64,000 nucleotides of DNA, taken from contig AP039689.1 of assembly GCA_051599415.1 (NCBI GenBank), forward strand, positions 1-64,000, in the 5' to 3' direction. Position 1 is the first letter of the stretch; every line of letters begins with the position of its first letter. Made by a program: the position numbers and the translations under genes. The notes beneath the pieces are model-generated. The model did not search any database, was not told the DNA's origin, and saw nothing but the letters and a program-made list of their open reading frames with translations. Of this stretch, positions 32,450-42,783 are shown piece by piece. The stretch is from Savitreella phatthalungensis. Lineage: Eukaryota.

Positions 32450-32773
32450 ACTTTCCTCCGGGGTAAACGGGCCTTCTTTCCGTTATGATGTGTGCTTGTT
32501 TTGAAAGATCGCCGTCGACCAAATATGCGTCCGACTACGAGCTTCTTTGGTGTGTGCGTCCGCACCACGTAGTGCATTCGCTTCAGTACATGCAGCGCAC
32601 ATGCATACTGGATGTGTTTGACCACTCTGAAACGCGCAAGCCAATTTTCGTGCATCGAGCGTCGGTCTTGATTTCAATGCTCCGACGGTCGACCTAAGCA
32701 CTCCAGATGCGCTGCAACACGACCTGTCATAAGATAACGACGACCTGACCAATCTGAAAGAAGGACCTCGTGC

Positions 32774-33241
32774 ATGGCGCCTGCTCGAGAAGTCCGACCG
32801 CGTGATGCGCGTCTCATGCACCTCATGCTGAACGCGCTCAACGTTGAGCAGTACGAAGAGAACGTCTCATTGCAGCTGTTGACCTTTGCACATCAGTACG
32901 CCTCATCAATTCTGCAAGATGCAATCGTCTATCAAGACCATCGCGGGGCTAACAGTATGGAGGCGAGCGACGTCAAGCTTGCCATCGCATCAAGAACTAA
33001 TCGCTCATTCAAGGGGGCTCCGCCAAAAGAGTTTCTACTCGAGCTCGCGGGAGAGCGGAACAAACGGCCTCTTCCACTAGTCAATCCTGGCTATGGCCTC
33101 AGGCTACCGCCCGAGAAGTACTGTCTTACCAACGTCAATTGGGCAGCCCTTTCGACTGGGACAGTCCCAAATCAAGACGCCGGCAATGATCACACGGCAG
33201 GCCGGCCTGAACCTCGTGGAGATGCAATGGACGAAGATTGA
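32774..33241 (+). CDS. TAF9: TFIID/SAGA subunit Taf9
   Basis: RPRDARLMHL, PPKEFLLELA.ERN.RPLP and GLRLPPEKYCLT. Confidence 0.96.
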   Translation: MAPAREVRPRDARLMHLMLNALNVEQYEENVSLQLLTFAHQYASSILQDAIVYQDHRGANSMEASDVKLAIASRTNRSFKGAPPKEFLLELAGERNKRPLPLVNPGYGLRLPPEKYCLTNVNWAALSTGTVPNQDAGNDHTAGRPEPRGDAMDED

Positions 33242-33272
33242 CCAATTTCGTAATGAATACATGATTGATGAG

Positions 33273-33914
33273 CTATCGCCGTGTGCGCTTGCGTGGTCGT
33301 GTCTCCGTGTCTCTCGGCTCCTCAACAGTGGCAGGGCGACGATGCTGTGCCAGCCAGATAGCCCTCTCAACGAGGCGTGCATCCGTGCCGCGCTCAAGTT
33401 CCTGGTCGATCAGCGCATTGAGCTCAGTGCGGAGCCACCGGTAGTATATTTTGTCGTATCTCAACTTGCCCGGCCCTCTACTTTCAGCGTTCGAAGTCAC
33501 AAAAGCGGCGAGCTCATCGGAGAAGAACGGTACAGCACAGTCAAAGACACATGACGATAACAAGAGCGACGCAGTGGCTATACCGACGCCCTTCAACTCG
33601 CACAGGGCATCGAGCGCCTCGTCGATGGAGGATGGCACGAGCTTCGATGCACGCGTATAGACCTCCTTGACCAGCTTAGGCTGATTGCTCTCGACTAGGT
33701 CCTGTAGCCTCGGCCGCCACTTGCCCCGAGCAAGCTTCAATCTCATAACATCTGCCAGGACGCGACAATCGAGATCCACTCTAGTCCCGCTGGCGAACAC
33801 TTCATCGTGGATGGCAAGAAGCCGACAGCTGTCCACACGAGCCGACGCTCTACCCGCGAGTGCGTCCCGATAAGCCTCGTCCGAGTACGCGGCCAAGACC
33901 GACGTCAGACACAT
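33273..33914 (-). CDS. Conserved hypothetical protein with helix-hairpin-helix (DNA glycosylase-like) motif
   Basis: KLARGKWRPRL, LCELKGVGIATASLLLS, VPFFSDE and VERAIW. Start could extend to 33980. Confidence 0.7.
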   Translation of the reverse strand: MCLTSVLAAYSDEAYRDALAGRASARVDSCRLLAIHDEVFASGTRVDLDCRVLADVMRLKLARGKWRPRLQDLVESNQPKLVKEVYTRASKLVPSSIDEALDALCELKGVGIATASLLLSSCVFDCAVPFFSDELAAFVTSNAESRGPGKLRYDKIYYRWLRTELNALIDQELERGTDARLVERAIWLAQHRRPATVEEPRDTETRPRKRTRR

Positions 33915-34094
33915 GATAATGAAAAGGCGCTGCAGCGAGTCAGAGGGTGTTGTTACTTGGCAAGTACACCGGCCGTGCATCCAATCAAGGATAGCTCCGA
34001 CTAAGGTGGATCTCCCGTCTCGTCAGATTCGATCAGACTGGGAAAGAAGACAATTCAAGTTTGATCGTCATCCTCGTTGCAAAGAGCCAAAAAG

Positions 34095-34207
34095 TGGTCA
34101 TGGAGGGGCTCGAACCCTCAGCCTTGACGTAAACGGATTTTTTCAATTTTATCCAGGCTAATAGGAAAATATTAGCGTCACGCGCTAACCAGTTGCGCCA
34201 CACGACC
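34095..34207 (-). tRNA. tRNA-Ile(AAT) with a 39-nt intron (34131-34169)
   Basis: Minus strand: acceptor GGTCGTG/CATGACC, D-arm GCGC-AACTGGTTA-GCGC, anticodon arm TGACG-CT AAT A[intron]A-CGTCA, T-arm GAGGG-TTCGAGC-CCCTC, then a T5 Pol III terminator. Confidence 0.95.
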
Positions 34208-34315
34208 GTTAGGAAATGGTTGAGAGGAAGAATATATGAACAAATGGAAATCAGGCACATGATGGGTCAGAGCCGAGTCCGATCCGGGCAGTCAAATGGC
34301 TGGCAAGAAAGAGTG

Positions 34316-34606
34316 GAGCCTGCGCAGTCACACGGCCAGGGAGAGCGACCTGAGTGATCAGGCAGCTGAACATCAGAGCGACCTGCGCAGTTAGACAGCT
34401 GAACGTCAGAACGACCTGAGCAAGCAGACAGCTGAACAACGGAGCGCTCTACGCAGTCAGACAGCTGAACGTCGGAGCGATCTAGGCAGTCAAGCAGCTG
34501 AACATCAGAGCGACCTGAGTCTCGGACAGCTGAACATCAGAGCGGTTCAGGCAGATTCAGCCAGTCAGACAGCTGAATAGCAGGGCGACCTGAGCACAAA
34601 GACAGC
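34316..34606. repeat. Degenerate 33-bp tandem repeat, about 8-9 units, between the tRNA and the zinc-knuckle gene
   Basis: Unit is approximately GAGCGACCTGxGCAGTCAGACAGCTGAACATCA. Stops occur in all + frames. Confidence 0.88.
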
Positions 34607-34622
34607 TAGAGACCTTCCCCAG

Positions 34623-35336
34623 ATGACGCGCTATACAAAGCTCGGTCGCAGGACACACTTCGAAGCAACCCCGTTCGCAGCCGTTCCGGACGCCGCCCAG
34701 AAGCGCGAGCGTGAGCCCCTGCCATCTCAGGCAGAGGCAGAAGATGCGGCTCTTGGTGTCAAGCGCTTGAAGCGTTCAGAACAGCGCAGGCAGCGGCGGC
34801 AGTCGCAAAGAGAACATGGAAAAGTCTGCTACAACTGCCGGGAAGAGGGACATCGGGCTGAGCGCTGTCCCAAGTTGAGTAATTCAGTCGGCCTCGCCTC
34901 GGTCGACGGTCCTCAGCCAGGACAGATATGCTACAGATGTGGTAAGACGGATCACAGCCTGAAACAATGCCGTCAAGCCCCGAGCAAAGGTCTTCCCTTT
35001 GCACGCTGCTTCGTTTGTAACAACGTTGGCCACATCAGTGCGGCGTGTCCGGCAAATTCCCGTGGTATCTATCCGGAAGGAGGCTCGTGCAAGATCTGTC
35101 GACAGGTGGACCACCTTGCCAAAGACTGCCCTCTCCCCGAAGAAGTAAGGCTGGGACAAGTTGTCGGTACGCACTCCCAGAGGACTGATAGGAAACTCGG
35201 CGCAGACGATGACGACTTCCACGACATAGTCCGCGTGCAAAAGCCTGACAAGCAAGTTTTGAAAAGCGGAGTTAGCAGGCCTCCTGCTCGCGACGTTCGT
35301 GCTGCCAGAACTGCCCCCAAAACTGTCTCGTTTTAG
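34623..35336 (+). CDS. CCHC zinc-knuckle protein (ZCCHC9-like)
   Basis: Four CX2CX4HX4C knuckles; MTRY start, GIYPEGGSC and ADDDDFH. Confidence 0.88.
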   Translation: MTRYTKLGRRTHFEATPFAAVPDAAQKREREPLPSQAEAEDAALGVKRLKRSEQRRQRRQSQREHGKVCYNCREEGHRAERCPKLSNSVGLASVDGPQPGQICYRCGKTDHSLKQCRQAPSKGLPFARCFVCNNVGHISAACPANSRGIYPEGGSCKICRQVDHLAKDCPLPEEVRLGQVVGTHSQRTDRKLGADDDDFHDIVRVQKPDKQVLKSGVSRPPARDVRAARTAPKTVSF

Positions 35337-35629
35337 GTCTTGAGCTGTGCTCACAGTCTCGTGCAAGGCTCTACATGATCGGTCCTGCCCGGGCAATTTG
35401 GAATATTGATCGCCTATAGCTGTCGCGTGCCGGGCTGGCTAAATGAATATTATATGTTGCTATTTCCGTCGCATGGGCTTCCCAAAGAAGAATTTCCCCC
35501 CAGCCTTGTTCACATAAAATCACACCAGAAGGAGCAGTGCTTTACACACAGCACTTCTCTCGATCTCATGCGCTAGTGCCCGAAGCCCTATCAAAGCAGT
35601 TATTCGCAAGGTAGAGATGTATCTTGGCT

Positions 35630-36916
35630 ATGCAACGCGCTGATAGTAAGCCGACGGACTCGACATGCCAAGGCATCAACCGCACGACCGGGCGCATGTG
35701 CCGGCGCGCCGTGTCGCCGGCGAAGCAATCACGTTATTGTCATTTGCATGATGATCAGGTGCGCTCACCACATGCTTCGCCTGCGCAAGGACCGCTCGTC
35801 AGAATGGCAAGTACAACCTCGCTTTATCGCCCCGCAGTTGGCTCTGCTCAAGTGAACTGGTCAGGCCGTGGAACCCAGACCACAGACGATCCAACGAACA
35901 CTCTCATCATGGCTACCACGCGACGACCGGCCGTCGTTCAAGACGCTGGATACAAGCGCTCCTTTCTCTCGAGTCTATTCACATGCCTGCCGCGCAAGTC
36001 AGAGACTCCGAACGAGAAAGCTGGAGCGCCGTCAGCCCCGATAATGAGAGTAGCGCGGAAGCCGGTGATCATGGATGAAGTGCTACCACGAACTTCAGAA
36101 ATGGAACTCATGAATAATTCAAAACAGCTTCTGGGTAACTCGGCTACGAGGACCCCGCCGCCATCTCGAGCCGGTCCACGCCCGCAACGACGGCAACCGG
36201 ACACGAGGCCTGCAAGGATTGCGCAAGACTATGCTGAGATTCTCGAGCTGACGAAGGGCTTGAAGGTCCAGAGCGACGCCCGGCCAAGTGCTGCTGCGGA
36301 ACTCTCTTCAAGTCAAGTACATCCACATGTCCGGACTTTAGCACGAGAGATGAAAATGACACTGCGTGCCGAGCGCTCTCCATCACCGAAACTTCTTGCC
36401 GTGGTGAGAGACCTTGAGGAGCGTTACCTGGATCCCAGCCGATATTCACACGTCACCAAGCAGACGTATCTGCGAATCTGCGAATGCGTGCGATCAGCCG
36501 TTATCGCGGCGCCTGCAGAGATGCGACCTCGCACCGTAGACCACTTCATCTACCTATATCGCGGCTCCGGCGACTACACATGGACACCGCTCCTGCTCTG
36601 CAAGATCGGCAGAGCTCGCCAACCACTCGAGCGCATGTATCAATGGCGGCAGCAATGTGGTCGTGAGCTGGAACTCCTAGATCAATTGCATACGCGCTTC
36701 GATGTGCTGGTGGAACGACTCGTGCATCTCGAACTCGCAGATCGGAATACTCCGCAGCGTTGCGACAGCGATCGATGCGGCAAGTTGCACCGGGAGTGGT
36801 TCAGCGTCCCGCGCGACGGCGCCAAGCATCTGTTCAGGTCAACAGCCGGTAAATGGATCGAGTTCGCAGAGGAAATCCACAAGTTAAATGCTGCTCGTGA
36901 TATCCACGTCACATGA
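35630..36916 (+). CDS. MUG113/T5orf172 (GIY-YIG-like) domain protein
   Basis: N-terminal C..G....GR.CRR...YCHLH; C-terminal FIYLY, KIGRA, QC, VERLVHLEL and C...C..HREWF. Confidence 0.8.
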   Translation: MQRADSKPTDSTCQGINRTTGRMCRRAVSPAKQSRYCHLHDDQVRSPHASPAQGPLVRMASTTSLYRPAVGSAQVNWSGRGTQTTDDPTNTLIMATTRRPAVVQDAGYKRSFLSSLFTCLPRKSETPNEKAGAPSAPIMRVARKPVIMDEVLPRTSEMELMNNSKQLLGNSATRTPPPSRAGPRPQRRQPDTRPARIAQDYAEILELTKGLKVQSDARPSAAAELSSSQVHPHVRTLAREMKMTLRAERSPSPKLLAVVRDLEERYLDPSRYSHVTKQTYLRICECVRSAVIAAPAEMRPRTVDHFIYLYRGSGDYTWTPLLLCKIGRARQPLERMYQWRQQCGRELELLDQLHTRFDVLVERLVHLELADRNTPQRCDSDRCGKLHREWFSVPRDGAKHLFRSTAGKWIEFAEEIHKLNAARDIHVT

Positions 36917-37153
36917 TGACTATAAATAGTAGCATACAAAAATAAACACCATCCCTGATCGGCTGCTGCAGGAATGGTAAATTGGATTTTGTCATGAATC
37001 TGAAACCTGTCAGAATGACTTGGGCTAAATTTTGTAAATCGATCGCGATGCTCATCCCAGGGTAGCTCCTTGATGAAGTATTTAAGACGCAAGCTTCTCA
37101 CAACACAAGGTAGATTGCCCTAGTAACATCCCACAGAGCAAGTAAGGCCTTTC

Positions 37154-37918
37154 ATGATGTTCCTGAAGACTCTCATGATGCTCGCTGTCGCGGCTGCCCA
37201 GCAGTCATACAATCAGATCCTATTCCCGGCGCAGAATGTCGTGATTCAGGCAGGAGGTGGTGTGCAGTCGATCACCTGGACCAACTTGACACAAGGCAAT
37301 GTCCGTCTTGTGCTCTATTCGGGCACAAACCCTCTGACGCCTCGGCAGACCGTTGCTGATTCGATCGCGAACACCGGCACATTCCTCTGGACGCCGGAGA
37401 CCTGGCTACCGGCTGGCTCGGATTACGTTCTTTCCGTGGAAGACCTCTCTGGCACTGCCGCTACGCAGTATTCTCCATTCTTCACTGTACAGCTTTGCTC
37501 GACCTGCTCGGCCGCACCGCTCCCCACAACGCTTTCTGCACCTACAGCATCGGTCTCACCTACCCAGGTCGGCACTCTCGCCTCGACCCGATCTCAAGCC
37601 GTTTTCGCCAATGCTGTTGTCACAGATGCAAGCACAGCAACGAGTGCAGCGTCGCTATCTTCTGCTGCAAGCTCTGTGGTCTCGACTGTCTCTTCGGGAT
37701 CGTCCGCCGCTGCTGTGTCTTTGGTCTCAGGCTCTTCTGGACAGGCTTCCGGCATGCGAACATCGGCCGCTGCAGGCGGATCGAGCCTGCGCTCCTCGGC
37801 CACTCCTTCTGGCAGCTCAAGTGGTGGCGCAGCATCGACTACTAGCAGATCGAACGCTGTCCGAACAGGCATCACCGCAATCACTGTCATTGTCGCGGCC
37901 GCTATAATGATCCTCTAG
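37154..37918 (+). CDS. Ser/Thr-rich GPI-anchored cell-surface protein (Kre9/Knh1-like Ig-like N-domain)
   Basis: Signal peptide, ITW...IANTGTFLWTP...QYSPFFTV, S/T/A-rich stalk and hydrophobic C-terminus. Confidence 0.85.
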   Translation: MMFLKTLMMLAVAAAQQSYNQILFPAQNVVIQAGGGVQSITWTNLTQGNVRLVLYSGTNPLTPRQTVADSIANTGTFLWTPETWLPAGSDYVLSVEDLSGTAATQYSPFFTVQLCSTCSAAPLPTTLSAPTASVSPTQVGTLASTRSQAVFANAVVTDASTATSAASLSSAASSVVSTVSSGSSAAAVSLVSGSSGQASGMRTSAAAGGSSLRSSATPSGSSSGGAASTTSRSNAVRTGITAITVIVAAAIMIL

Positions 37919-37965
37919 CTTCCTTTTCAAATGAATAGGCTCAGTCTGTAGTAATGCGACAAACG

Positions 37966-38646
37966 TTATAGCTCGGATCTACTTGTAGCTTCTGTCGCAG
38001 CGCGCTTCAGAAAATGCAACAGGGTCTCAGGCTCCTGTGCACCGTTGACGTGAAAGCGCCCGATAGTGATATCCGGGACGCCGTGAACACCCTGACTTTG
38101 TGCCCGTGCTACCTCTGCGTCCACCTGGCTTCGGCCTTCGGGAGCTTCCATGAAAGACCTGGCCTGAGCCGCATCCTTTACTCCCGCCCCTTCGATCGCT
38201 TCCAGAAGATCGTCGACAGTGAATATCGAGCCTTCGGCCTCGAAATAGCGATGAAAAAGCTTCTCGATGACAGCGTCCACTACGGAAGCTGGTTCATTTT
38301 GTTGAACATAGTCTATCAGGCGGTGTGAGAGGTACGTTGGTCCTGTCACACCGCCGTACGAGAATCTGATGCCTTCGACTTGTCCGACTTGCTGCATGTG
38401 CGGGACAATAGCAGCAGTGCGCTCCTCGCCGAACTTTTCACGGTACCTCTGAAGCTTGTTGACTATCGGCCCTTCAGGAGGTCCGAGGTAGAATGGATGC
38501 CAGCGGATTTGCCAATTCACGACGTCTCTGTTGTCCGCCGATTGATCAAAGAGCCTGATGGCTCGTTCCAACCTGCGCTTGCCGATGAAACACCAAGGGC
38601 ATATTGTATCACTGACGATGTCAATATTGACAATGACTCGGGACAT
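37966..38646 (-). CDS. DsbA/FrnE-like thioredoxin-fold protein
   Basis: IDIVSDTICPWCFIGKRRL, HRLI, GVHGVP and GAQEPE. Confidence 0.92.
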   Translation of the reverse strand: MSRVIVNIDIVSDTICPWCFIGKRRLERAIRLFDQSADNRDVVNWQIRWHPFYLGPPEGPIVNKLQRYREKFGEERTAAIVPHMQQVGQVEGIRFSYGGVTGPTYLSHRLIDYVQQNEPASVVDAVIEKLFHRYFEAEGSIFTVDDLLEAIEGAGVKDAAQARSFMEAPEGRSQVDAEVARAQSQGVHGVPDITIGRFHVNGAQEPETLLHFLKRAATEATSRSEL

Positions 38647-39183
38647 GATTCTTTAGCACTTCCAAGATCCGATAAGAGCCTCTATTGATATCCACGGCAT
38701 CGGTGTCATTTATCCTAGGAATTTTGGTCGTTCGTGCAGGCTTTCCAAAAACGGCAGTTCGAAGCGACGGAAAGTGTGCATAAGCACGCAATCGTCGAGA
38801 CAGGACACGACATTTGCCGCCTCACTCATTCTTCACTGGAATCAGCCTGAGCTGAACCCATGTCGTCTTCAAGAAGAACGGATATGAATGGCGCAAGCAT
38901 CTAAAGCTTCGTAGGGTGGGGTGCCGCAATGCAGCCAACTTGCCGCCGACATCTATCACTGGCAATATCATTGCTCACAAAACCTCATTTCACTTGCTGA
39001 CTAGCCTCACATTGTTGCGGGCCCCACTATCCGCCTCGTATCCATCAGGTAAAAGTCATGCAATGCTTGGACTCTCCTGAGGTCTTCTCAACCTTCTGAT
39101 GATGATTGCAATCCAGCTATATAACCTTGGCTGATCCGCTTCAGATTTTTCCGAGATTCCTCAGACGAACCACAGTCGACTCA

Positions 39184-40722
39184 ATGGTCTATTACCGGGG
39201 CCTCGCGCCGGATACCCCAGAGGAAAAGCGATTGACACGCAAGATAGATCTCAACATCTTACCTGTTGTGTCACTCTATTATCTCTTGTCTTTCCTCGAC
39301 AGAAGCGCGATTGGAAATGCAAAGCTTGATGGCCTCGAGAAAAGCCTCGGACTGCGGGGCTGGGATTATCAGCTGTGCTTGCTCGTATGGTTCGTCGGAT
39401 ACTTCGTTGCCGAAGTGCCAATCAGCATAATCCTCAAGAAGCTGTCGTTCCGCATTGTTTTGCCGACTCTCATGGTGCTCTGGGGCATCGTTTGCATCTG
39501 CCAAGGACTGACGCACAATTTCACGGGGCTTTGGCTGTGTCGCTTCTTCCTAGGCATCACGGAAGCGGGTCTTTTCCCGCTAGTCACGTACATGATGAGC
39601 CTCTATTATCCGCGGCCTCTTGTCGTATATCGCGTGTGTCTCTTTTTCTCGGCCGCAGCACTGGCAGGTAGTCTCGGCGGTCTCCTCGCATATGGCTTCG
39701 GAAGAATGGATGGCATCAGTGGACAACGTGGATGGCGATGGATTTTCCAGCTCGAGGGTGTGATTACGGTTGTGGTCGCGATCGTGTCTTCACCATGGAT
39801 ACACAATTCGCCACAGAGCGCCCGATTCCTGACAGAAGATGAGCGCAAAATTGTGATTGGACGACTGCGCAAATACGGAGGCGATTCTGTTGATGCTCAA
39901 CCATTCGTCAGGGAGGAGGTCTTCAAAGCCTTCAAGGACATATCCGTTTGGCTGTACGGCTTCATGTTTGTTGGCATGTCACTACCACTCTACACAGCTT
40001 CGCTATATCTTCCGACCATCATCAGGGGCTTGCACTATTCAACCGCAGTATCGCAATTGCTGACGGTTCCGATCTATTTCCTAGCATTTTTATTGACCAT
40101 GAGCTGCGCTCACTTTTCTTTCAAGCTCGGGTACCGCACCCCATTCATTCTGGGGCCATCCGCGCTTGCCGCCATCGGTTACATCACGTTGCTCACATCT
40201 CACGGGACTGGCGGCCAACTGGCTGGCGCGACTCTCGTGGTCATGGGTGTTTATGCTGCAGACGGCATTCTTCTGAGCTGGCCGACTGACAATGTATCTG
40301 GACAGACAAAACGCGCGGTTGCATGTGCCATGCAGATCACCATTGGCATTGCCGGAGGCGCTGTGCCCGGCACATTGGTCTATGGTCCTGGTCAGGGTCC
40401 TCGTTTCTACATCGGTCATGGCTTTGCACTTGGATGGCTCAGCATCGCTTGTGCATCCGCCCTCGCAAATTTCTTTGTCCTGCGTCGTCGAAATGCACGC
40501 AAGGCAGTAGAACGAGAGACATTGGACCAGCAGTATGCAGAGGCGGCACTCTCGTCTCGTGAGCGCTCGAGCAGCGTGGAGAAAGTCGAAGGACTCGTGT
40601 CCTCGAGCACAACCAGCAGCGAAAAGGGCCCAGACGACGCACACTTACGAAGGCAAGCGGCAATCGAAAAGTCGAAGCGTGAGCTGGGTGATGCTTCGCC
40701 CTACTGGATCTATCAACTATAG
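39184..40722 (+). CDS. MFS anion:cation symporter family transporter (Tna1/Dal5-like)
   Basis: RKIDLNILP, FLDRSAIGNA, EAGLFP, GWRWIFQLEG and FLTEDER. Confidence 0.92.
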   Translation: MVYYRGLAPDTPEEKRLTRKIDLNILPVVSLYYLLSFLDRSAIGNAKLDGLEKSLGLRGWDYQLCLLVWFVGYFVAEVPISIILKKLSFRIVLPTLMVLWGIVCICQGLTHNFTGLWLCRFFLGITEAGLFPLVTYMMSLYYPRPLVVYRVCLFFSAAALAGSLGGLLAYGFGRMDGISGQRGWRWIFQLEGVITVVVAIVSSPWIHNSPQSARFLTEDERKIVIGRLRKYGGDSVDAQPFVREEVFKAFKDISVWLYGFMFVGMSLPLYTASLYLPTIIRGLHYSTAVSQLLTVPIYFLAFLLTMSCAHFSFKLGYRTPFILGPSALAAIGYITLLTSHGTGGQLAGATLVVMGVYAADGILLSWPTDNVSGQTKRAVACAMQITIGIAGGAVPGTLVYGPGQGPRFYIGHGFALGWLSIACASALANFFVLRRRNARKAVERETLDQQYAEAALSSRERSSSVEKVEGLVSSSTTSSEKGPDDAHLRRQAAIEKSKRELGDASPYWIYQL

Positions 40723-41760
40723 TCCGATTCTAGCATAACTTAGAAGCGATTTCCGTGCGCTTGTCCGTCGCGGTTTTCGAATTCATCACAGGCAACGAAG
40801 AAGGCCAAACAATGTGACGAATTTCGGTTGATGCGACGCGCGATCCAGGTTTATGAGTGTCCTGGATCGCGATCGTTTTATCGTCTTCGGAGCGTTTCCC
40901 TCTCACTGACCATCGGACCGTCGACTAAAACAGGGGATTTGTGTCGAGTGAGAATTTGAACTCCGTCACGCCAGCCACGGACACATTCGTCGTGCAATGC
41001 CATTGACCTGCATAGATTGAGGCCAAGCGTTCTGTACGATAAATGTGTCCGTGGTGGATAAGCAAGGAATGTGTCGAAGCCGGTGACCAGTCGAGGTATT
41101 TCTTGAGCCTCTGACCGGCCTAAAATGAGCGAACGAACTACATCTTAGCACTGGCGTATGCTCCTGTCATCCCATGCATCTCATGAGAGACCATCTGATG
41201 GAGAAAGTGATCCAGGCATTTCAATGTTAAAAGATAAGGGCTTGTTGTCAATTGTGGGTGGTCGTTTTACAGGCAGGCTATGGAGGATGGCATGTTGCTA
41301 CGGCGTGTGCACTGTGACCGCCTGTGCCTCGCAGCCCTCAGCCAGCTAGCAGCTTAGTTTCGACCGTGGCTTGCACAGATCAGCAGATCGTATTGTTCAA
41401 GATTTCGATTCAATTGAATCGATGCACGTTCGGATGCACACGTGCATGTGTGTACGTATGTGAATTACTTAAATTTACATATGCATAGCCGGTGTGAAAT
41501 TAGTTTAGTTGCGCAGACTTCGTATATACAGTATGGGGGGCACCTGATATTAAGACTAGCTCGGGTAACAAGCTCGCCTGGCCCGAATTGGACGATATAT
41601 TGACTTATATTGATTTGGAGACGACCAGACAATGCAAGGGTTGTCAACAAAGGAGCTGATCGAGTCGATTCACCAGGAGAATTGACATTCTTTGGCCGAC
41701 CGTCGCTCGCCAGCAACGTCGTCGTCATCGTCCGTTGTAACACGATTGCAATTACGATAT

Positions 41761-42735
41761 ATGGCAGACGCCGAGATCAGTCAGGATGGCAAGCGGCATT
41801 CGCGCCGGCAAAGCATGCAGCTCCGCCGTCAGAGCAGCATTCGTGGGACTGGGAGCATCATCCCATTGATGTTGCAAGGAGATACTAATAAGCCTGTAGG
41901 CGGACGGACCGCGGAACAAGGATCGTATGCTGATTACGCGCGTACGCACAAGCGACAGTCTTCTGTGCAACAACAGCACCATGGCAGTGCATCTATGCGG
42001 CCCGCGAGTATGTTCTTCGGTCGCATGTTTGGGGGCGGACTTGAAGGCGGCGCCTCGATTGTTCATCAGACGGACGGCGTCAGCGCCGCAGCTGCAGCCA
42101 GTGGAATGTGTTCTACGGCGCAAGACCCACAAATGTGTCTTTCTCGCGCAGAAGCACGTTTAAGGGCGCAGGTCGACGAGCTGCAAACCGTCATTGAAGC
42201 CAAAGATATGACACTGTCGGTTCTACGAGAGAGCCTGGAAGATGCGCAACAGGAAATTGAGATCTTGCGCGGAAAGATGCGCATCTACGAAGCTAGCTTT
42301 CTCAACACGGGAGAGCTTCCGCATGGTCTAGCTTCATCAGTGCTGTTTGAGCCGGATAGTCGTGGAGTTGGCCTCGATCACATCACATCTGACTCGATGC
42401 GACGTCAGCGTTCCGCTGGAATTGAGTCTGTCGCTGATAGCGCCGTCTTCTCAGATGGGATAACGTCCAGGGCCACTTCGCCCACACGTCCGCGGCTGCT
42501 ATCGAATAGCTCGTCCACAAGCATTGACAGTGGCCTTTGGTCCAGGCTTCCCGGGCTGCGCCGCGCTAGTCCGACAAGCTTGACGGCTCTCGCATGTGCA
42601 GATGTCATACATGAAGAAGCAGATGGCGAAAGCGAACGCCTGCGGCTGGAAAACGAAGCGTTGCGAGGGGAAGTCGCAAGACTCAACGCAGCGCTTGACG
42701 ACGGCCTTGGTGCTCTAGCGGAGCTCGGCCTGTGA
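41761..42735 (+). CDS. Hypothetical coiled-coil protein
   Basis: 324-aa ATG-initiated frame with two heptad-rich segments. No family recognised. Confidence 0.65.
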   Translation: MADAEISQDGKRHSRRQSMQLRRQSSIRGTGSIIPLMLQGDTNKPVGGRTAEQGSYADYARTHKRQSSVQQQHHGSASMRPASMFFGRMFGGGLEGGASIVHQTDGVSAAAAASGMCSTAQDPQMCLSRAEARLRAQVDELQTVIEAKDMTLSVLRESLEDAQQEIEILRGKMRIYEASFLNTGELPHGLASSVLFEPDSRGVGLDHITSDSMRRQRSAGIESVADSAVFSDGITSRATSPTRPRLLSNSSSTSIDSGLWSRLPGLRRASPTSLTALACADVIHEEADGESERLRLENEALRGEVARLNAALDDGLGALAELGL

Positions 42736-42783
42736 CAGCTCCAGCAGTAATGTCACTCGCGGTTATCGTTAATGCTCAGAGGA

